Shown: positions 48,987-59,858, numbered from the whole stretch's first letter. The stretch is 63,567 bases of DNA, filler included, from 5 parts of 5 records of this genome joined end to end with filler, not necessarily neighbours in it, one strand, 5' to 3'. Notes: generated by a model not told the origin, from the sequence alone. Translations and numbers: made by a program.

Positions 48987-50558
48987 TCAGAGCACCGCGC
49001 GGGCGGCTTCGACCTGTTCCATGATGCGCTCGATCACCTGCTCCACCGGAAGCACCCGGGTGTCGACGACCCAGAGCCCCGCGGCGCAGGCCAGCGCCAG
49101 CCCGGCGGTGGTGCCGGCCAGCACGAGCCGGCGGTTGCGGGTCTCGCGCCGGGTGCGGATGTAGGGCACGGTGGCCAGCGTCGCGATGCCCAGCCGGGCG
49201 GTGATCTCGGACGGGCGGCGCACCGCGCCGTTGAGCAGTTCCAGCAGCACGAAAAGCCCCGCCCCCGCCGCCAGTCCGGCACCGATGCCGGCGCCGGCGA
49301 CCAGAGGGCGGTTCGGGCTGACCGGGTCGGAGGGCGCGATGGCCTGTTCCACGAGGCTGATGCGCTGGCCCTTGGAGAGGGTCTCGATCATGTCGCCGGT
49401 CTCGGCCCGGGCGCGGCTGGCCACCGCCTGATTGTACTGCGCCCGCAGGTTGGCGTAATCGCGCTCCATCGTTTCGAGCGTGACCGCGTTGCCCGGCGTG
49501 TCCTGGATCGTCGTGGCCAGTTCCGCCAGCCGGGCCTCGGCCTCTTCGCGGCGGTCGCCCAGCAGGGCGAGCTGGCTGTCGATGTCCGCCAGCTGGATGT
49601 CCAGCGCGCTTGGCGGGGCGGCCCCGTCCTCCTGCAGGCGGGCGTTCAGTTCGGTGTCGCGCCCGATCTGCTGCCGGGCCACTTCCTTCTCGAGCGCCTC
49701 GATCCGCGCCCGCAGCACCGCGAGCTTGGGGTTGTCGTCCGACAGCACCGCCGAGGAACTGGCGTAGTCCCGGCGCAGCTGCACCAGCTGCTGTTCCTCG
49801 AATGTCCTCTCGCGCTGATCCGGGACCGGCAGTTCGCCGGTTTCCGCGAAAAGCTCGACCAGCCGCTCGCGGCGGTCGGCCAGAACGTCGATGGTGCGGT
49901 CGATCTGCACCAGCCGCTCCTGCGCGGCGGCCTGCTGCGAACGGCGGAACTCCAGACTGTCGGGCAGCGCCTCGAGGTTCTCTTCCTTGAAGGCGAGGAT
50001 CCGGCCCGAAAGCCTGGCGAGCTCCTGGTCGAGGCGCTCCACCTCCTGAATGAAGAAGGACAGCGTCTGGCCCGCGACGGTGGTCCGCATCTGGACATTC
50101 TCGCGCAGGATCAGGGTCACGATCTCGTTCGTGACCTCCGCCGCCATCTGCCCGTTCGACGCCCGGAAGCTGACGGTGACCAGCGTCGCCCGGCTTTGCC
50201 CGCCCTGCAGGCGGATCGAGATGCGGTCGCGCAGGTCGGCGACCTTGTCGCTGGCCGGCAGCCGCGGCTGGTTGGCGTAGATGTTCAGCCGGTTGGCCAT
50301 CTCCAGCAGCACTTCGCGGGTCAGGATGCGCTGCTCGATGATCTGGATCTGCTCGGTCGCCGCGGTCCGCACGGTCGAGGCCGCCAGTTCGTCGGGGATC
50401 TGTTCGGATTCCACGATCATCCGCGCCGAGGCCTCGTAGACCGGCGGCAGGGTCAGCGCCAGCCACAGGCCCACCCCGGTTCCGACCAGCGCGAAGAGGA
50501 TGATCCAGTGCAGGCGCCGCAGCAGCAGGCGGCCGTAATAGCCGATCTCTTCCAGCAT
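48987..50558 (-). CDS. Polysaccharide co-polymerase / chain-length determinant (Wzz/GumC)
   Basis: N- and C-terminal TM helices, P.YEA, long coiled coil, P..PVSPNR motif; TGATG overlap. Confidence 0.9.
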   Translation of the reverse strand: MLEEIGYYGRLLLRRLHWIILFALVGTGVGLWLALTLPPVYEASARMIVESEQIPDELAASTVRTAATEQIQIIEQRILTREVLLEMANRLNIYANQPRLPASDKVADLRDRISIRLQGGQSRATLVTVSFRASNGQMAAEVTNEIVTLILRENVQMRTTVAGQTLSFFIQEVERLDQELARLSGRILAFKEENLEALPDSLEFRRSQQAAAQERLVQIDRTIDVLADRRERLVELFAETGELPVPDQRERTFEEQQLVQLRRDYASSSAVLSDDNPKLAVLRARIEALEKEVARQQIGRDTELNARLQEDGAAPPSALDIQLADIDSQLALLGDRREEAEARLAELATTIQDTPGNAVTLETMERDYANLRAQYNQAVASRARAETGDMIETLSKGQRISLVEQAIAPSDPVSPNRPLVAGAGIGAGLAAGAGLFVLLELLNGAVRRPSEITARLGIATLATVPYIRTRRETRNRRLVLAGTTAGLALACAAGLWVVDTRVLPVEQVIERIMEQVEAARAVL

Positions 50559-51454
50559 CACTCGCCCCCCGCCTCGGCGCCCTGCCGCTCGCGCGGGGTG
50601 ACCAGACGCGGGGCGCGCGCGGTGCCGCCGCCGCCGAAGTAGACGCCGTCGTCCAGAACCATCTGCACGTGCTCCTGCGTGACGGTCGCGGCCTCCGAGG
50701 TATAGGCATAGAGCATCGCCAGCTCGGCCAGCTGGTTGACCAGCCGCGGCACGCCGTCGGTCTTGCGGTAGATCAGCGCCACGGCGCCGTCGCTGAACAG
50801 GTCGGGCGCGCCGCCCGCCGTCTCGAGCCGGTGGCGGACGTAGGCGCGGATCTCTTCGGCCGACATCGGCCCGAGGTGGTAGGCCACCGCCACGCGCTGC
50901 GCGAATTGCGTCATGTCCGGGCGGCGCACCATGTCGTTCAGCTCGGGCTGGCCGACCAGCACCAGCTGCATCAGCTCGTCGCTGCCGGAGTTGATGTTGG
51001 TGAGCATCCGCAGCTCTTCCAGCGACTCCCGGCTGAGGTTCTGCGCCTCGTCGAAGATCAGCACCACCCGGCGGCCGGCGGCGTATTCCGCGATCAGATG
51101 CGATTGCAGCCGGTCGAAGAGGGTCACGTAGCCCTCTCCCGCCGTCAGCGGCAGGCCGAGGGCCTGAAGCACCCATTGCAGCAGCTCGGCGCGGTCGCCC
51201 TGCGCATTGGCCACCAGCCCGACGGTCAGCCCCGGGATCTCGCGGTTCAGCAGGTGGCGCAGGAGCGTCGTCTTGCCGGCGCCCACCTCTCCGGTGATCA
51301 GGGTGATCGGGGCGCAGGTGAGCACGCCGTATTCGAGGATCGTCCAGGCGCGGACATGGGCGGGCGTCCAGTAGAGGAAGGCCGGATCGGGAGCCAGGGA
51401 AAAGGGCCGCGCGGTCAGGGAAAAATGATCGAGATAAATGTCGAGCCTGTCCAT
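50558..51454 (-). CDS. ExeA/GspA-like AAA ATPase (exosortase-system associated)
   Basis: PF.L.PDP.FLY, GEVGAGKTT, IFDEAQNL, LVGQPEL, GVPRLVN. Confidence 0.9.
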   Translation of the reverse strand: MDRLDIYLDHFSLTARPFSLAPDPAFLYWTPAHVRAWTILEYGVLTCAPITLITGEVGAGKTTLLRHLLNREIPGLTVGLVANAQGDRAELLQWVLQALGLPLTAGEGYVTLFDRLQSHLIAEYAAGRRVVLIFDEAQNLSRESLEELRMLTNINSGSDELMQLVLVGQPELNDMVRRPDMTQFAQRVAVAYHLGPMSAEEIRAYVRHRLETAGGAPDLFSDGAVALIYRKTDGVPRLVNQLAELAMLYAYTSEAATVTQEHVQMVLDDGVYFGGGGTARAPRLVTPRERQGAEAGGE

Positions 51455-51783
51455 GATAGAAGTTCGTCCCGGGTATGAAAAAGGCAGTGTGGCACCATGG
51501 GGTTCACAGGACACGGATGTGAACCATACCCGCGGGTTTCATACCGTTTGAGGTCTGCGGAAGCAATACGCCAAGGCGCCCGGGCGATGTCTCCGGCCCC
51601 TGTCCGGCGCCCCCTGCCCCGGCCTTGGGCGGCTTTGGCCGCGCGGCGGGCGAAGGCGGCCGTCCCGGGCCCGGGGCCCGGTTTTTCCATCGACCTTGGG
51701 TGGGGTTCTGAAGTAACACGGGTCGGACCCGTTTTTCCTGTGTCCCGCCGGTCCAACCCGCCGTAGAGAGTTCGACAAAAGAC

Positions 51784-54210
51784 ATGATGAACCGCTTTCG
51801 TATTCTGACCGCCCTTCTTTTCGCCCTTTCCCTTCTCGCCGCCTGCAAGACCGACGAGGAACGCGCCGCGGATTTCTACACCTCCGCCCTGACCTACCTC
51901 GAGGAGGGCGACACGGACCGCGCCCTGATCGAGCTGCGCAACGTCTTCGACAACGACGGTTTCCACAAGGAGGCGCGCGCGCTCTATGCCCGGCTGGTGC
52001 AGGAGCGCGGCAACATCGCCGAGGCCTACGGCCAGTACCTGCGGCTGGTGGAGCAGTATCCCGACACCGTCGAGGCGCGCGAGGCGCTGGCGCTGATGGC
52101 GCTGGAGCGGCGCAACTGGGACGAGGTGATCCGCCACGGCGAGGCGGCGATCGCGCTCGACCCCGAGCGCATCGGCACCCGGGCCGTGGCCACGGCGCTG
52201 GCCTACCGCACCGCCGTGCTGGACCGCGACCCCGCCGCGCAGGCCGCCGCGGTCGCCGAGGCCCGCGTGGTTCTGGAAGAGGACGACTCGATCCAGGCCG
52301 CGCGCCGCGTGGTGATCGACAGCCTGCTGATGGCAGAGGACAACGAGGCCGCTCTCGCAGAGGTCGACAAGGCCTTGGAATACAATCCGAATTCTCAGGA
52401 ATTCAACATGATGCGCGGGCAGCTTCTGGTGCGGATGCAGCGCATCGACGAACTGGGCGCGCAGCTGCGGCGGCTTTACGAACTGGCCCCCGAGGACGAG
52501 AAGATCCGCGCCGACCTGATCCGCTGGTACATCCAGCAGGGCGATTTCGAGGGCGCCGAGGCCTTCCTGCGCAGCGAGGCGGGCAGCGCCGCCAAGGACG
52601 TGCCCGGCAACCTGAGCGTCGTCGACCTCTTGCGCCGCACCGGCGACGCCGAGGCCGCGCGGGCGGAACTCGACCGGCTGATCGAGGAGGCCGGGGAGAG
52701 CGCCTCCGCGGGTCTCTACCGGACGCTGCGCGCCTCGCTCGACTTCGAGGCCGGGGACCGCGACGCCGCCATCGCAGCGGTCGGGCAGGTGCTCGAGGGC
52801 GCCGAGCCGGGCGAGCAGACCCACCGCATCCGCGTGATCCTTGCCCGGATGCTGGTCGCCACCGGCAACCCGGTGGGCGCCCGCGAGCAGGTCGAGCAGG
52901 TGCTCGAGGAGGACCCGACCCATGTCGAGGCGCTGAAGATGCGCGCCGCATGGCTGGTGACCGAGGACCGCCCCGGCGCGGCGGTGATCGACCTGCGCGC
53001 CGCGCTGGATCAGGCGCCGCGCGACACCGGCATCCTGATGCTGATGGCCGAGGCCTACATGCGCGACGGCTCCGAGGCGCTGGCGCAGGAACGGCTGTCG
53101 ATGGCGGTGCAGGTCTCTGACAACGGGGTGCCGGAATCGGTGGCCTACGGGCGTTTCCTGATCGCCCGCAACCGGTTGCAGCAGGCCGAGACGGTGCTGA
53201 CCGCCGCGCGGCGCGGCGCGCCCGCCGATCTCGACGTGCTCGGTCTTCTGGGCGAGGTCTACCTGCGCCAGCAGAACTGGCCCTCGGCGCAGCAGGTCAT
53301 CGCCACGCTGCGCGAGATCGACCTGCCCCGGGCCTCTGCCATGGCCGAGACCTTCCAGAGCGGCCTCCTGCTTGGGCAGAACCGCATCGACGAGGGGCTG
53401 GAGTATCTGCGGTCGCAGATGGAGACCGGCGAGGACGGCAATCTCGCGGCCCTCGCGCAGCTGGTGCGCACGCAGATCCTGACCGGGCGGCTCGACGAGG
53501 CCGCGGCGCTGGTCGGGGAAGAACTGGACAAGGCCCCGGACAGCATCCCGCTGCAGCTTCTGAACGCCAATATCGTGGCGCTTCGGGGCGATCTCGCGGG
53601 GGCCGAGGCCATCTACCGGGCCCTGCTGGACCGCGAGCCGGCTCTGGAGCCCGCGATCCTGCAACTGCAGGCGCTGCTGCGCGCCACCGGGCGCCTCGAC
53701 GAGGCCGAGACGCTGGTCGGCGAGGCGCTCGAGACGCTGCCCGCCTCGCGCCGCCTGCGCCTGCTCGAAGCCTACCGGCTGGAGAAGGACGGCCTCTACG
53801 AGGAGGCGATCGCCGTCTACGAGACGCTCTACGAGGAGCAGAGCTCCGACGTGGTGGTGGCCAACAACCTCGCCTCGATGCTGGCCGAGCACCGCGAGGG
53901 CGCGCAGGATCTCGACCGCGCCTATGCCATCGCGCGCCGGCTGAACGGCTCGGACGTGCCGGCCTTCCGCGACACGCTGGGCTGGATCCTCTACCTGCGC
54001 GGCGACATCGACCGCGCGATCGCGGAACTGGAGCCCGCCGCCGAGGCGCTGCCGGAAGAGGCCAGCGTGGTGGCGCATCTGGGCCTTGCCTATGCCGCCG
54101 CCGAGCGCACCGAAGAGGCCCGCGCGACCCTCGAGCGGGCGCTTGCCCTGCCCGGCCCGGAAAGCGCGCCCTGGCGCCTCCGCGCCCGGGAGGCGCTGTC
54201 GGCCCTGTAA
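51784..54210 (+). CDS. TPR-repeat lipoprotein (PrsT-like)
   Basis: Lipobox LLAAC; about 800 aa of TPR-like helical repeats; ANNLA and DTLGWI motifs. Confidence 0.88.
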   Translation: MMNRFRILTALLFALSLLAACKTDEERAADFYTSALTYLEEGDTDRALIELRNVFDNDGFHKEARALYARLVQERGNIAEAYGQYLRLVEQYPDTVEAREALALMALERRNWDEVIRHGEAAIALDPERIGTRAVATALAYRTAVLDRDPAAQAAAVAEARVVLEEDDSIQAARRVVIDSLLMAEDNEAALAEVDKALEYNPNSQEFNMMRGQLLVRMQRIDELGAQLRRLYELAPEDEKIRADLIRWYIQQGDFEGAEAFLRSEAGSAAKDVPGNLSVVDLLRRTGDAEAARAELDRLIEEAGESASAGLYRTLRASLDFEAGDRDAAIAAVGQVLEGAEPGEQTHRIRVILARMLVATGNPVGAREQVEQVLEEDPTHVEALKMRAAWLVTEDRPGAAVIDLRAALDQAPRDTGILMLMAEAYMRDGSEALAQERLSMAVQVSDNGVPESVAYGRFLIARNRLQQAETVLTAARRGAPADLDVLGLLGEVYLRQQNWPSAQQVIATLREIDLPRASAMAETFQSGLLLGQNRIDEGLEYLRSQMETGEDGNLAALAQLVRTQILTGRLDEAAALVGEELDKAPDSIPLQLLNANIVALRGDLAGAEAIYRALLDREPALEPAILQLQALLRATGRLDEAETLVGEALETLPASRRLRLLEAYRLEKDGLYEEAIAVYETLYEEQSSDVVVANNLASMLAEHREGAQDLDRAYAIARRLNGSDVPAFRDTLGWILYLRGDIDRAIAELEPAAEALPEEASVVAHLGLAYAAAERTEEARATLERALALPGPESAPWRLRAREALSAL

Positions 54211-54335
54211 GCCCGCGGCCCGCGGGAACCTGTTGCCCGGGCGGCACGCTCGGGCATCCTGCCTTCGGGGCCGGCCTGCCCGTCCCGCGAAATCCCTCTT
54301 ATGCTGCGCGCATCCGACGAACGGGAGACTCTGTC

Positions 54336-54977
54336 GTGACCATCCTCCGCACCGGCCTGCTGTCCTGCGCCGCCCTTCTTGTTCTGGCGGTTGCCCTTCT
54401 GACCGGCGCCGCCCGGCCTGCAGAGGCGCAGCAGGGCAATTACACCATCCGCCCCGGCGACACGCTGCGCTTCGAGGTGCTGGAGGACGAAAGCCTCAAC
54501 CGCACGCTGCTGGTGCTGCCGGACGGGCGCGTCTCGCTGCCGCTGGCGGGCTCGGTCATCGCCGCCGGCCGCACGGTCGAACAGCTGCGCCGCGCCATGA
54601 CCAGCGCGCTTGCGGGCAGCTTCTCGGTGCCGCCCACGGTCTACGTGGCGGTGGGCTCTCTCGCAGAGGCCCCGCCCCGGCCAGAGCCCGAACCCGAGAT
54701 CATCAGCATCTACGTCCTCGGAGAGGTCGCAAGCCCGGGCAAGATCGACATGGAGCCCGGCGCCACGGTGCTGCAGCTCTTTGCCCGCATGGGCGGTTTC
54801 ACCAACTTCGCGGCGCTCAAGCGCATCCAGCTGCGGCGCACCGATCCCCGCACGCACACCGAGACCATCCACCGGCTGGACTACAAGGCGATCCAGGCCG
54901 GGGTCAGCCGCAACGGCCTGACCACGCTGCAGGATGGCGACGTGATCGTGGTGCCGCAGCGCCGCCTCTTCGAATAA
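54336..54977 (+). CDS. Polysaccharide export protein (Wza/OPX family, short form)
   Basis: Signal peptide; Y.IRPGD.L, V.PDG.VSLPL.G, IYVLGEV..PG, LQDGDVIVVP. Confidence 0.9.
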   Translation: MTILRTGLLSCAALLVLAVALLTGAARPAEAQQGNYTIRPGDTLRFEVLEDESLNRTLLVLPDGRVSLPLAGSVIAAGRTVEQLRRAMTSALAGSFSVPPTVYVAVGSLAEAPPRPEPEPEIISIYVLGEVASPGKIDMEPGATVLQLFARMGGFTNFAALKRIQLRRTDPRTHTETIHRLDYKAIQAGVSRNGLTTLQDGDVIVVPQRRLFE

Positions 54978-55002
54978 TCCGGGCAGCGCGGGGTCCGGGG
55001 GC

Positions 55003-56277
55003 ATGACAGGCGCGATACGCAGACTGGTCCCGGCCATGGCCGCGGCCCTGCTGGTGGCCGGACCCTCTGCCGCGCAGCAGGCCGGGCGCGGCGGCATCTG
55101 GCTGCAGACCGACCTGTCGCAACGCTTCGAGCTGCGCCGCAACGCCGATCTCGACCCCGGCGGCGAGGGGCTGACCACGACCGCCGCCACGCAGCTCGGG
55201 ATGACGCTCTCGACCGAGACCCGCGCCGACCGCCTCGCGCTGAGCTTCGGGGCCAGCCTGCGCCATGTCGAGGCGCCCGAAGACGTCGACGACGTCTCTT
55301 TCGGGCTGAAGGCGCCCTCGGCGGCGCTGCGCTACACCCATGACGTGGACCATGCCTCGTTCAGCGCCGGGGCCAGCCTTTCGGTGCGCGACATCTCGTA
55401 TCTCGAAACCCTCGCGGAGATCGTGCTCGACGACGACGGCGACCTGCTGATCGAGATCGACGAGCGGAGCGGCACCGGGCGGCGGCGGCAAGTCGGCGCC
55501 GATGCGGCGCTGCGCCTTGGCGTCGGCGGCCCGGTCGAGGCCGGCCTGTCCTTCGCCACCTCGGCCACCGACTACATCGATACCGGCGCGACCTCGGGCT
55601 ACAGGGACAGCCGCACCCACCGGCTGACCGGCAGCCTTGGCCTGCGGCTGGCCCCGGATCTGCGCCTGAACACGACGCTGGGCTACCGCCTCTTCGAGGA
55701 AGAGGGCGGCGACCCGCGCGAGACCTGGAGCCTGGGCAACCGCATCGTGCGGAGCCTGCCGCGCGGAGAGCTTTCGGGCGCGCTGACCCTGACCCGGGTC
55801 GAGGAAGGCACCCGCACCGCGCTGAGCCTCGGCTGGAGCCAGCCGCTGCCGGACGGCCGGATCGCCTTCGACCTCGGCGCCACGCGGGCCGTCGGGGGCG
55901 AGACCGATCTGACCGGGCGCTTCGCCTGGAACCGGGACCTGAAGAACGGCGCGCTCTCGGCCTCTCTGGCGCAGGGCTTCGGGGCCAATTCCGACGACGA
56001 GGAGACGCGCTTCACCTCGGCCCGGGCCAACTGGTCGCGCGCGCTGTCGCCGCTGACCAGCGTGACCTTCGGGCTGGTCTACGCGCGCAACGTCACCGCC
56101 GGCGGGGACCGCGACACGCGGGCCGAGCTGAGCGCCGGGATCCGCCACAGCCTGAGCGAGGACTGGTCGCTGAACGCCGGCTACCGCCGCATCGGCGACC
56201 GCGACGACGGCCGCGACTGGGCGCAGTCGGACAGCCTGTACCTGACCGTCGGCCGCAGCTTCGCCACGCGGTTCTAG
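55003..56277 (+). CDS. Outer-membrane beta-barrel protein, EPS-export associated
   Basis: Signal peptide, alternating amphipathic strands, C-terminal Phe; follows the short OPX gene. Confidence 0.75.
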   Translation: MTGAIRRLVPAMAAALLVAGPSAAQQAGRGGIWLQTDLSQRFELRRNADLDPGGEGLTTTAATQLGMTLSTETRADRLALSFGASLRHVEAPEDVDDVSFGLKAPSAALRYTHDVDHASFSAGASLSVRDISYLETLAEIVLDDDGDLLIEIDERSGTGRRRQVGADAALRLGVGGPVEAGLSFATSATDYIDTGATSGYRDSRTHRLTGSLGLRLAPDLRLNTTLGYRLFEEEGGDPRETWSLGNRIVRSLPRGELSGALTLTRVEEGTRTALSLGWSQPLPDGRIAFDLGATRAVGGETDLTGRFAWNRDLKNGALSASLAQGFGANSDDEETRFTSARANWSRALSPLTSVTFGLVYARNVTAGGDRDTRAELSAGIRHSLSEDWSLNAGYRRIGDRDDGRDWAQSDSLYLTVGRSFATRF

Positions 56278-56563
56278 AGGCGCCGGTCCCGTCAGGTCGG
56301 GGCCAAAAGCCCGCGCGCCGGGGTGACGGTCCGCCCTTTCCCGATCCTGCACCGTGCTGACGCGGCCGTGACCGTCCGGGGGCCGCCCGGCGGCGAAGAC
56401 ATCTCGCGCCGCGCGCGCGAAGCCGCTATGGTGCCCCCGTCCGCGCCCGGCGCGGCATCCCGTATTCACCGGCCCGCCCAAGGTGTGCCCGATTTCCCGG
56501 CCCCGCGCCGAACCCGCCTTTTCCCGGCCGCCCCCGGCCTGCCCAGACCGAGGTCCCTGCCCC

Positions 56564-57875
56564 GTGACCAGCACCACCGCCCTTCCCCTGTCCGTCCGCA
56601 GCCTCAACCTTGCGGGGGTCGGGCTGTTCGCCCTGCTCTGCCTGACCGCCCTGCCGGTCTTCTGGCTGGGCTTCGAGTCCCTCGCCGCGGCATGGTCGAC
56701 GCCGGAATACAGCCACGGGCCGCTGATCCCGCTGATCTCGCTCTACCTGTTCCTGCGCGAGTTGCGGCAGGCGCCGCCCGCCGATCCCGATGCCCCGGTC
56801 ACCCGCTGGCCCGGCCTCGTGGTGATCGCGCTCTCGCTGGTGCTGGGGATCTTCGGCAACATCGTGCGGATCCCCGACGTGGTGACCTACGCCTTCATCA
56901 CATGGACCGGCGGCGTGGTGCTGACGGTCATGGGCTGGCAGCGCGGGCGGTTGCATCAGCTTCCGGTGCTGCACCTGGTCTTCATGCTGCCGCTGCCGCA
57001 GTTCCTCTATTGGCACCTGACGATCTGGCTGCAGCTGGTCAGCTCGGAACTGGGCGTCTGGTTCATCCGACTGGCGCAGGTGCCGGTCTTCCTCGAAGGC
57101 AACGTCATCGACCTTGGCGTCTACAAGCTGCAGGTGGCCGAGGCCTGTTCAGGGCTGCGCTACCTCTTCCCGATCCTGTCGTTCAGCTACCTGACGGCGA
57201 TCCTCTATCGCGGGCCGTTCTGGCACAAGGCGCTGCTCTTCCTGACCGCCGCGCCGCTGACGGTCTTCATGAACGCCTTCCGCATCGGGGTCATCGGGGT
57301 GCTGGTCGACTCCTACGGGATCGAGCAGGCCGAGGGCTTCCTGCACACCTTCGAGGGCTGGGTGATCTTCGGCGCCTGCGTCGGACTGCTGTTCCTGATG
57401 GCGGTGATCCTGCAGCAGACCACCCGCGCGCCGAAGTCCCTTGCCGACACCATCGACCTCGATTTCGACGGGTTGGGCGGGGAGGCGGCCAAGGTGCTGC
57501 GGCTGGCCCCGACCGCGGGGCTGATCGCGGCGGTGGGCCTGTCGGCGGCGATCTCGGGCGGCTGGCTGGCCGCCCCCGAGCCCGAGCGCGAGCGCATCCT
57601 GCGCGAGAACTTCGCCTTCTTCCCGCGCGAGGTGGGCGCGTGGCGCGGCATGACGACCGAGCTCGACCAGGAAACCCGGGACGTGCTCAAGGCCTCGGAC
57701 TACATCAACATCACCTATAGCGCGCCCGGCGCGGCGCAGCCGGTGAACTTCTTCTCGGCCTTCTACCAGACCCAGACCGAGGGCGCGGGCATCCACTCGC
57801 CCGAGGTCTGCCTGCCGGTCGGCGGCTGGGAGATGTTCTCGCTGCAAAGCGTGCCGGTCAGCATGCCCGGCACGG
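56564..57875 (+). CDS. xrtD: Exosortase D (VPLPA-CTERM-specific) with EpsI-like C-terminal domain, 3'-truncated
   Basis: GTG after [23 protein letters not shown] (catalytic Cys), N..RI (Arg), FLH.FEGW (His), [11 protein letters not shown]; a VPLPA substrate lies in the same locus. Confidence 0.92.
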
Positions 57876-57975
57876 NNNNNNNNNNNNNNNNNNNNNNNNN
57901 NNNNNNNNNNNNNNNNNNNTTAATTAATTAANNNNNNNNNNNNNNNNNNNNNNNNNNNNNNNNNNNNNNNNNNNN
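57876..57975. other. Artificial contig linker
   Basis: N44-TTAATTAATTAA-N44. Confidence 0.99.
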
Positions 57976-58761
57976 GATGTAGAACTTGTTGATCCACGGC
58001 GGGAAGATGACGATCGGCACCGCGTGAACCTGCTTCGTCGAGGGCGCGTATTGGATCAGCTCCATCATCTGCGTGCGCTTGACGACCTGTCCGGGCGCCG
58101 TGGCGAGGTTCTCGCCCACGGCAAAGGCGCTGTCGTCCACCAGCTTGACCAGAAGCTGGCCGTCATTGGCCTCGAGATCGGTGACGAGGTTCTCCAGCCC
58201 CTGAATCAGGCTTTCGCCGTCGGTTTCCATGGCGCGGCGCAGCGCCTCGGGGTTGGAGCCGAGGAAGTTGTTGGGCGCCATCAGGTTGGCGATCTGGTCC
58301 GAGAAATAGCGCAACCGGCGCTTTTCCTTCTCGGGCAGGGTGTCGAGATCCTCGACCGCCGCGCGCATCGCGCCCGAGGTGACCTTGTACTGCCGTTTCA
58401 GGTAGTTGAGCCACGGGTTGCTGTCCCATTCCTCGGCGGCGAAGCGCTTGTCGGGCTTGCCCTCGTCATCCGTGCCGGGGGTCATGGCGCCGGTCCACGC
58501 GCGCATCGACCCCTCCCAGAAGCCCATGGTGTGCCCGACCGCGCGGGCCGGGTTCTGCATCATCTGGCCCCACCAGGCGGTGGCGGTCTTGGCGTAAAGG
58601 TCCGGGCCGGGGGCCTCGATGCCGGGGTTGGGGGGCTTGCGGCGCGACAGGGCGGTCATCAGGCGCAGGGACAACTGCTGCAGGCGTTCCGCCGTCTCGC
58701 GCTGCCTGCGGCCCAGATCGGCCATCTCTGCTGCGTCGCCGGTGGTGGTTTCGTCGCTCAT
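57976..58761 (-). CDS. phaC: Class I poly(3-hydroxyalkanoate) synthase (3'-truncated)
   Basis: DKRF...W, P.NFL.SNPEAL, GENLA..PG.VV, ELIQYAP, PPWINKFYI; GGAGG RBS. Confidence 0.93.
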
Positions 58762-59066
58762 GACCCCCTCCCAAGGATATGGCGCGGCCCTGCGGTCTTG
58801 CGCCGGTCGGGGCCGCCTGTGTCCAGAGTGATGCAAAAGGCGGCACGAATCCAGCCCTCTACCCGCGGAGCGGGCATTTGCGGAACCACGCCTTCCATAT
58901 TGCGTTTGCCGGGACGAGGCAGGGGGCGGGGCAGCCGCGGCGCGGACCGCGCAACTGCCCGCGGATTGAGCAGTCGCCCCAAGGGTGCCCGGAAAAGCGG
59001 CCACCGCATCTGGCCGCCCCCGGGGGGGCGGGGCATAAACGGGGCAGAGCCAGAGAAGGAGCGGAT

Positions 59067-59858
59067 GTGCCCGGGCTGATGGTGGTGAGCGATCTCGACG
59101 GGACGCTTCTGGATCACGAGACCTATTCTTGGCAGGCCGCCGCGCCCGCTCTGGCGCTGTTGAAGGCGCGCGGGATCCCCTTGATCCTCGCCACCTCCAA
59201 GACCGCCGCCGAGGTGGAGGCGCTGCACCGCGAGCTTGGGCTGGGGGACCTGCCAGCCATCGTCGAGAACGGCGCGGGGCTGTTCCGGCCCGGTGTCGCG
59301 GCGGGGGAAGAGGACGGCCATGCCCGCATCCGCGCCGCGCTGGACTCGCTGCCGGGGGCGCTGCGGCAGGGCTTTCGCGGCTTCGCCGACATGACGGCGG
59401 AAGAGATCGCTCGGATCACCGGCCTGCCCGGTCCCCGCGCGGCACTGGCACGGCAGCGCGCCCATTCCGAACCGGGGCTGTGGACGGGCGACGAGGCCAG
59501 CCAAGGGGCCTTTCTCAAGGCCTTGGAGACGCAGGGCATTCACGCGCGACACGGGGGGCGCTTCCTGACGCTCTCGCTGGGGCGGACAAAGGCGGACGGG
59601 CTGCGCGCTGTGGCGGCAGAGCTGTCCCCCGAGCGCGTTGTCGCGCTGGGCGACGCGCCCAACGACATCGACCTGTTGCAGGCGGCCGACATCGGGGTGA
59701 TCGTGCGCAACGACCACGCGCCCCGGATCGCCCCGCTGCCCGGAGAGGCAGAGGGCCGCATTCGCCGGACGGAAAAGATCGGCCCCGAGGGCTGGAACGC
59801 GGCGGTCATGACGATCGTTCGCGAAATGGACAAGGCGGGGGCATCGGACCATGGCTGA
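59067..59858 (+). CDS. gpgP: Glucosyl/mannosyl-3-phosphoglycerate phosphatase (HAD-IIB)
   Basis: GTG after AAGGAG; SDLDGTLLD, TSKT.AE, ENG, GGRF, LGDAPND, GP.GWN; overlaps gpgS. Confidence 0.88.
   Translation: MPGLMVVSDLDGTLLDHETYSWQAAAPALALLKARGIPLILATSKTAAEVEALHRELGLGDLPAIVENGAGLFRPGVAAGEEDGHARIRAALDSLPGALRQGFRGFADMTAEEIARITGLPGPRAALARQRAHSEPGLWTGDEASQGAFLKALETQGIHARHGGRFLTLSLGRTKADGLRAVAAELSPERVVALGDAPNDIDLLQAADIGVIVRNDHAPRIAPLPGEAEGRIRRTEKIGPEGWNAAVMTIVREMDKAGASDHG

Noticed and set aside
50558..51454. ExeA-like ATPase as evidence of type II secretion or a Tn7-like TnsC/TniB transposon
   Set aside because: No T2SS or transposase genes are present; it is coupled to the co-polymerase and BY-kinase, as in exosortase-associated EPS loci.
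51490..51506. TGGCAC as a possible sigma54 -24 element upstream of the TPR gene
   Set aside because: No TTGC at the required -12 spacing (TGGCAC-CATGG-GGTTC).
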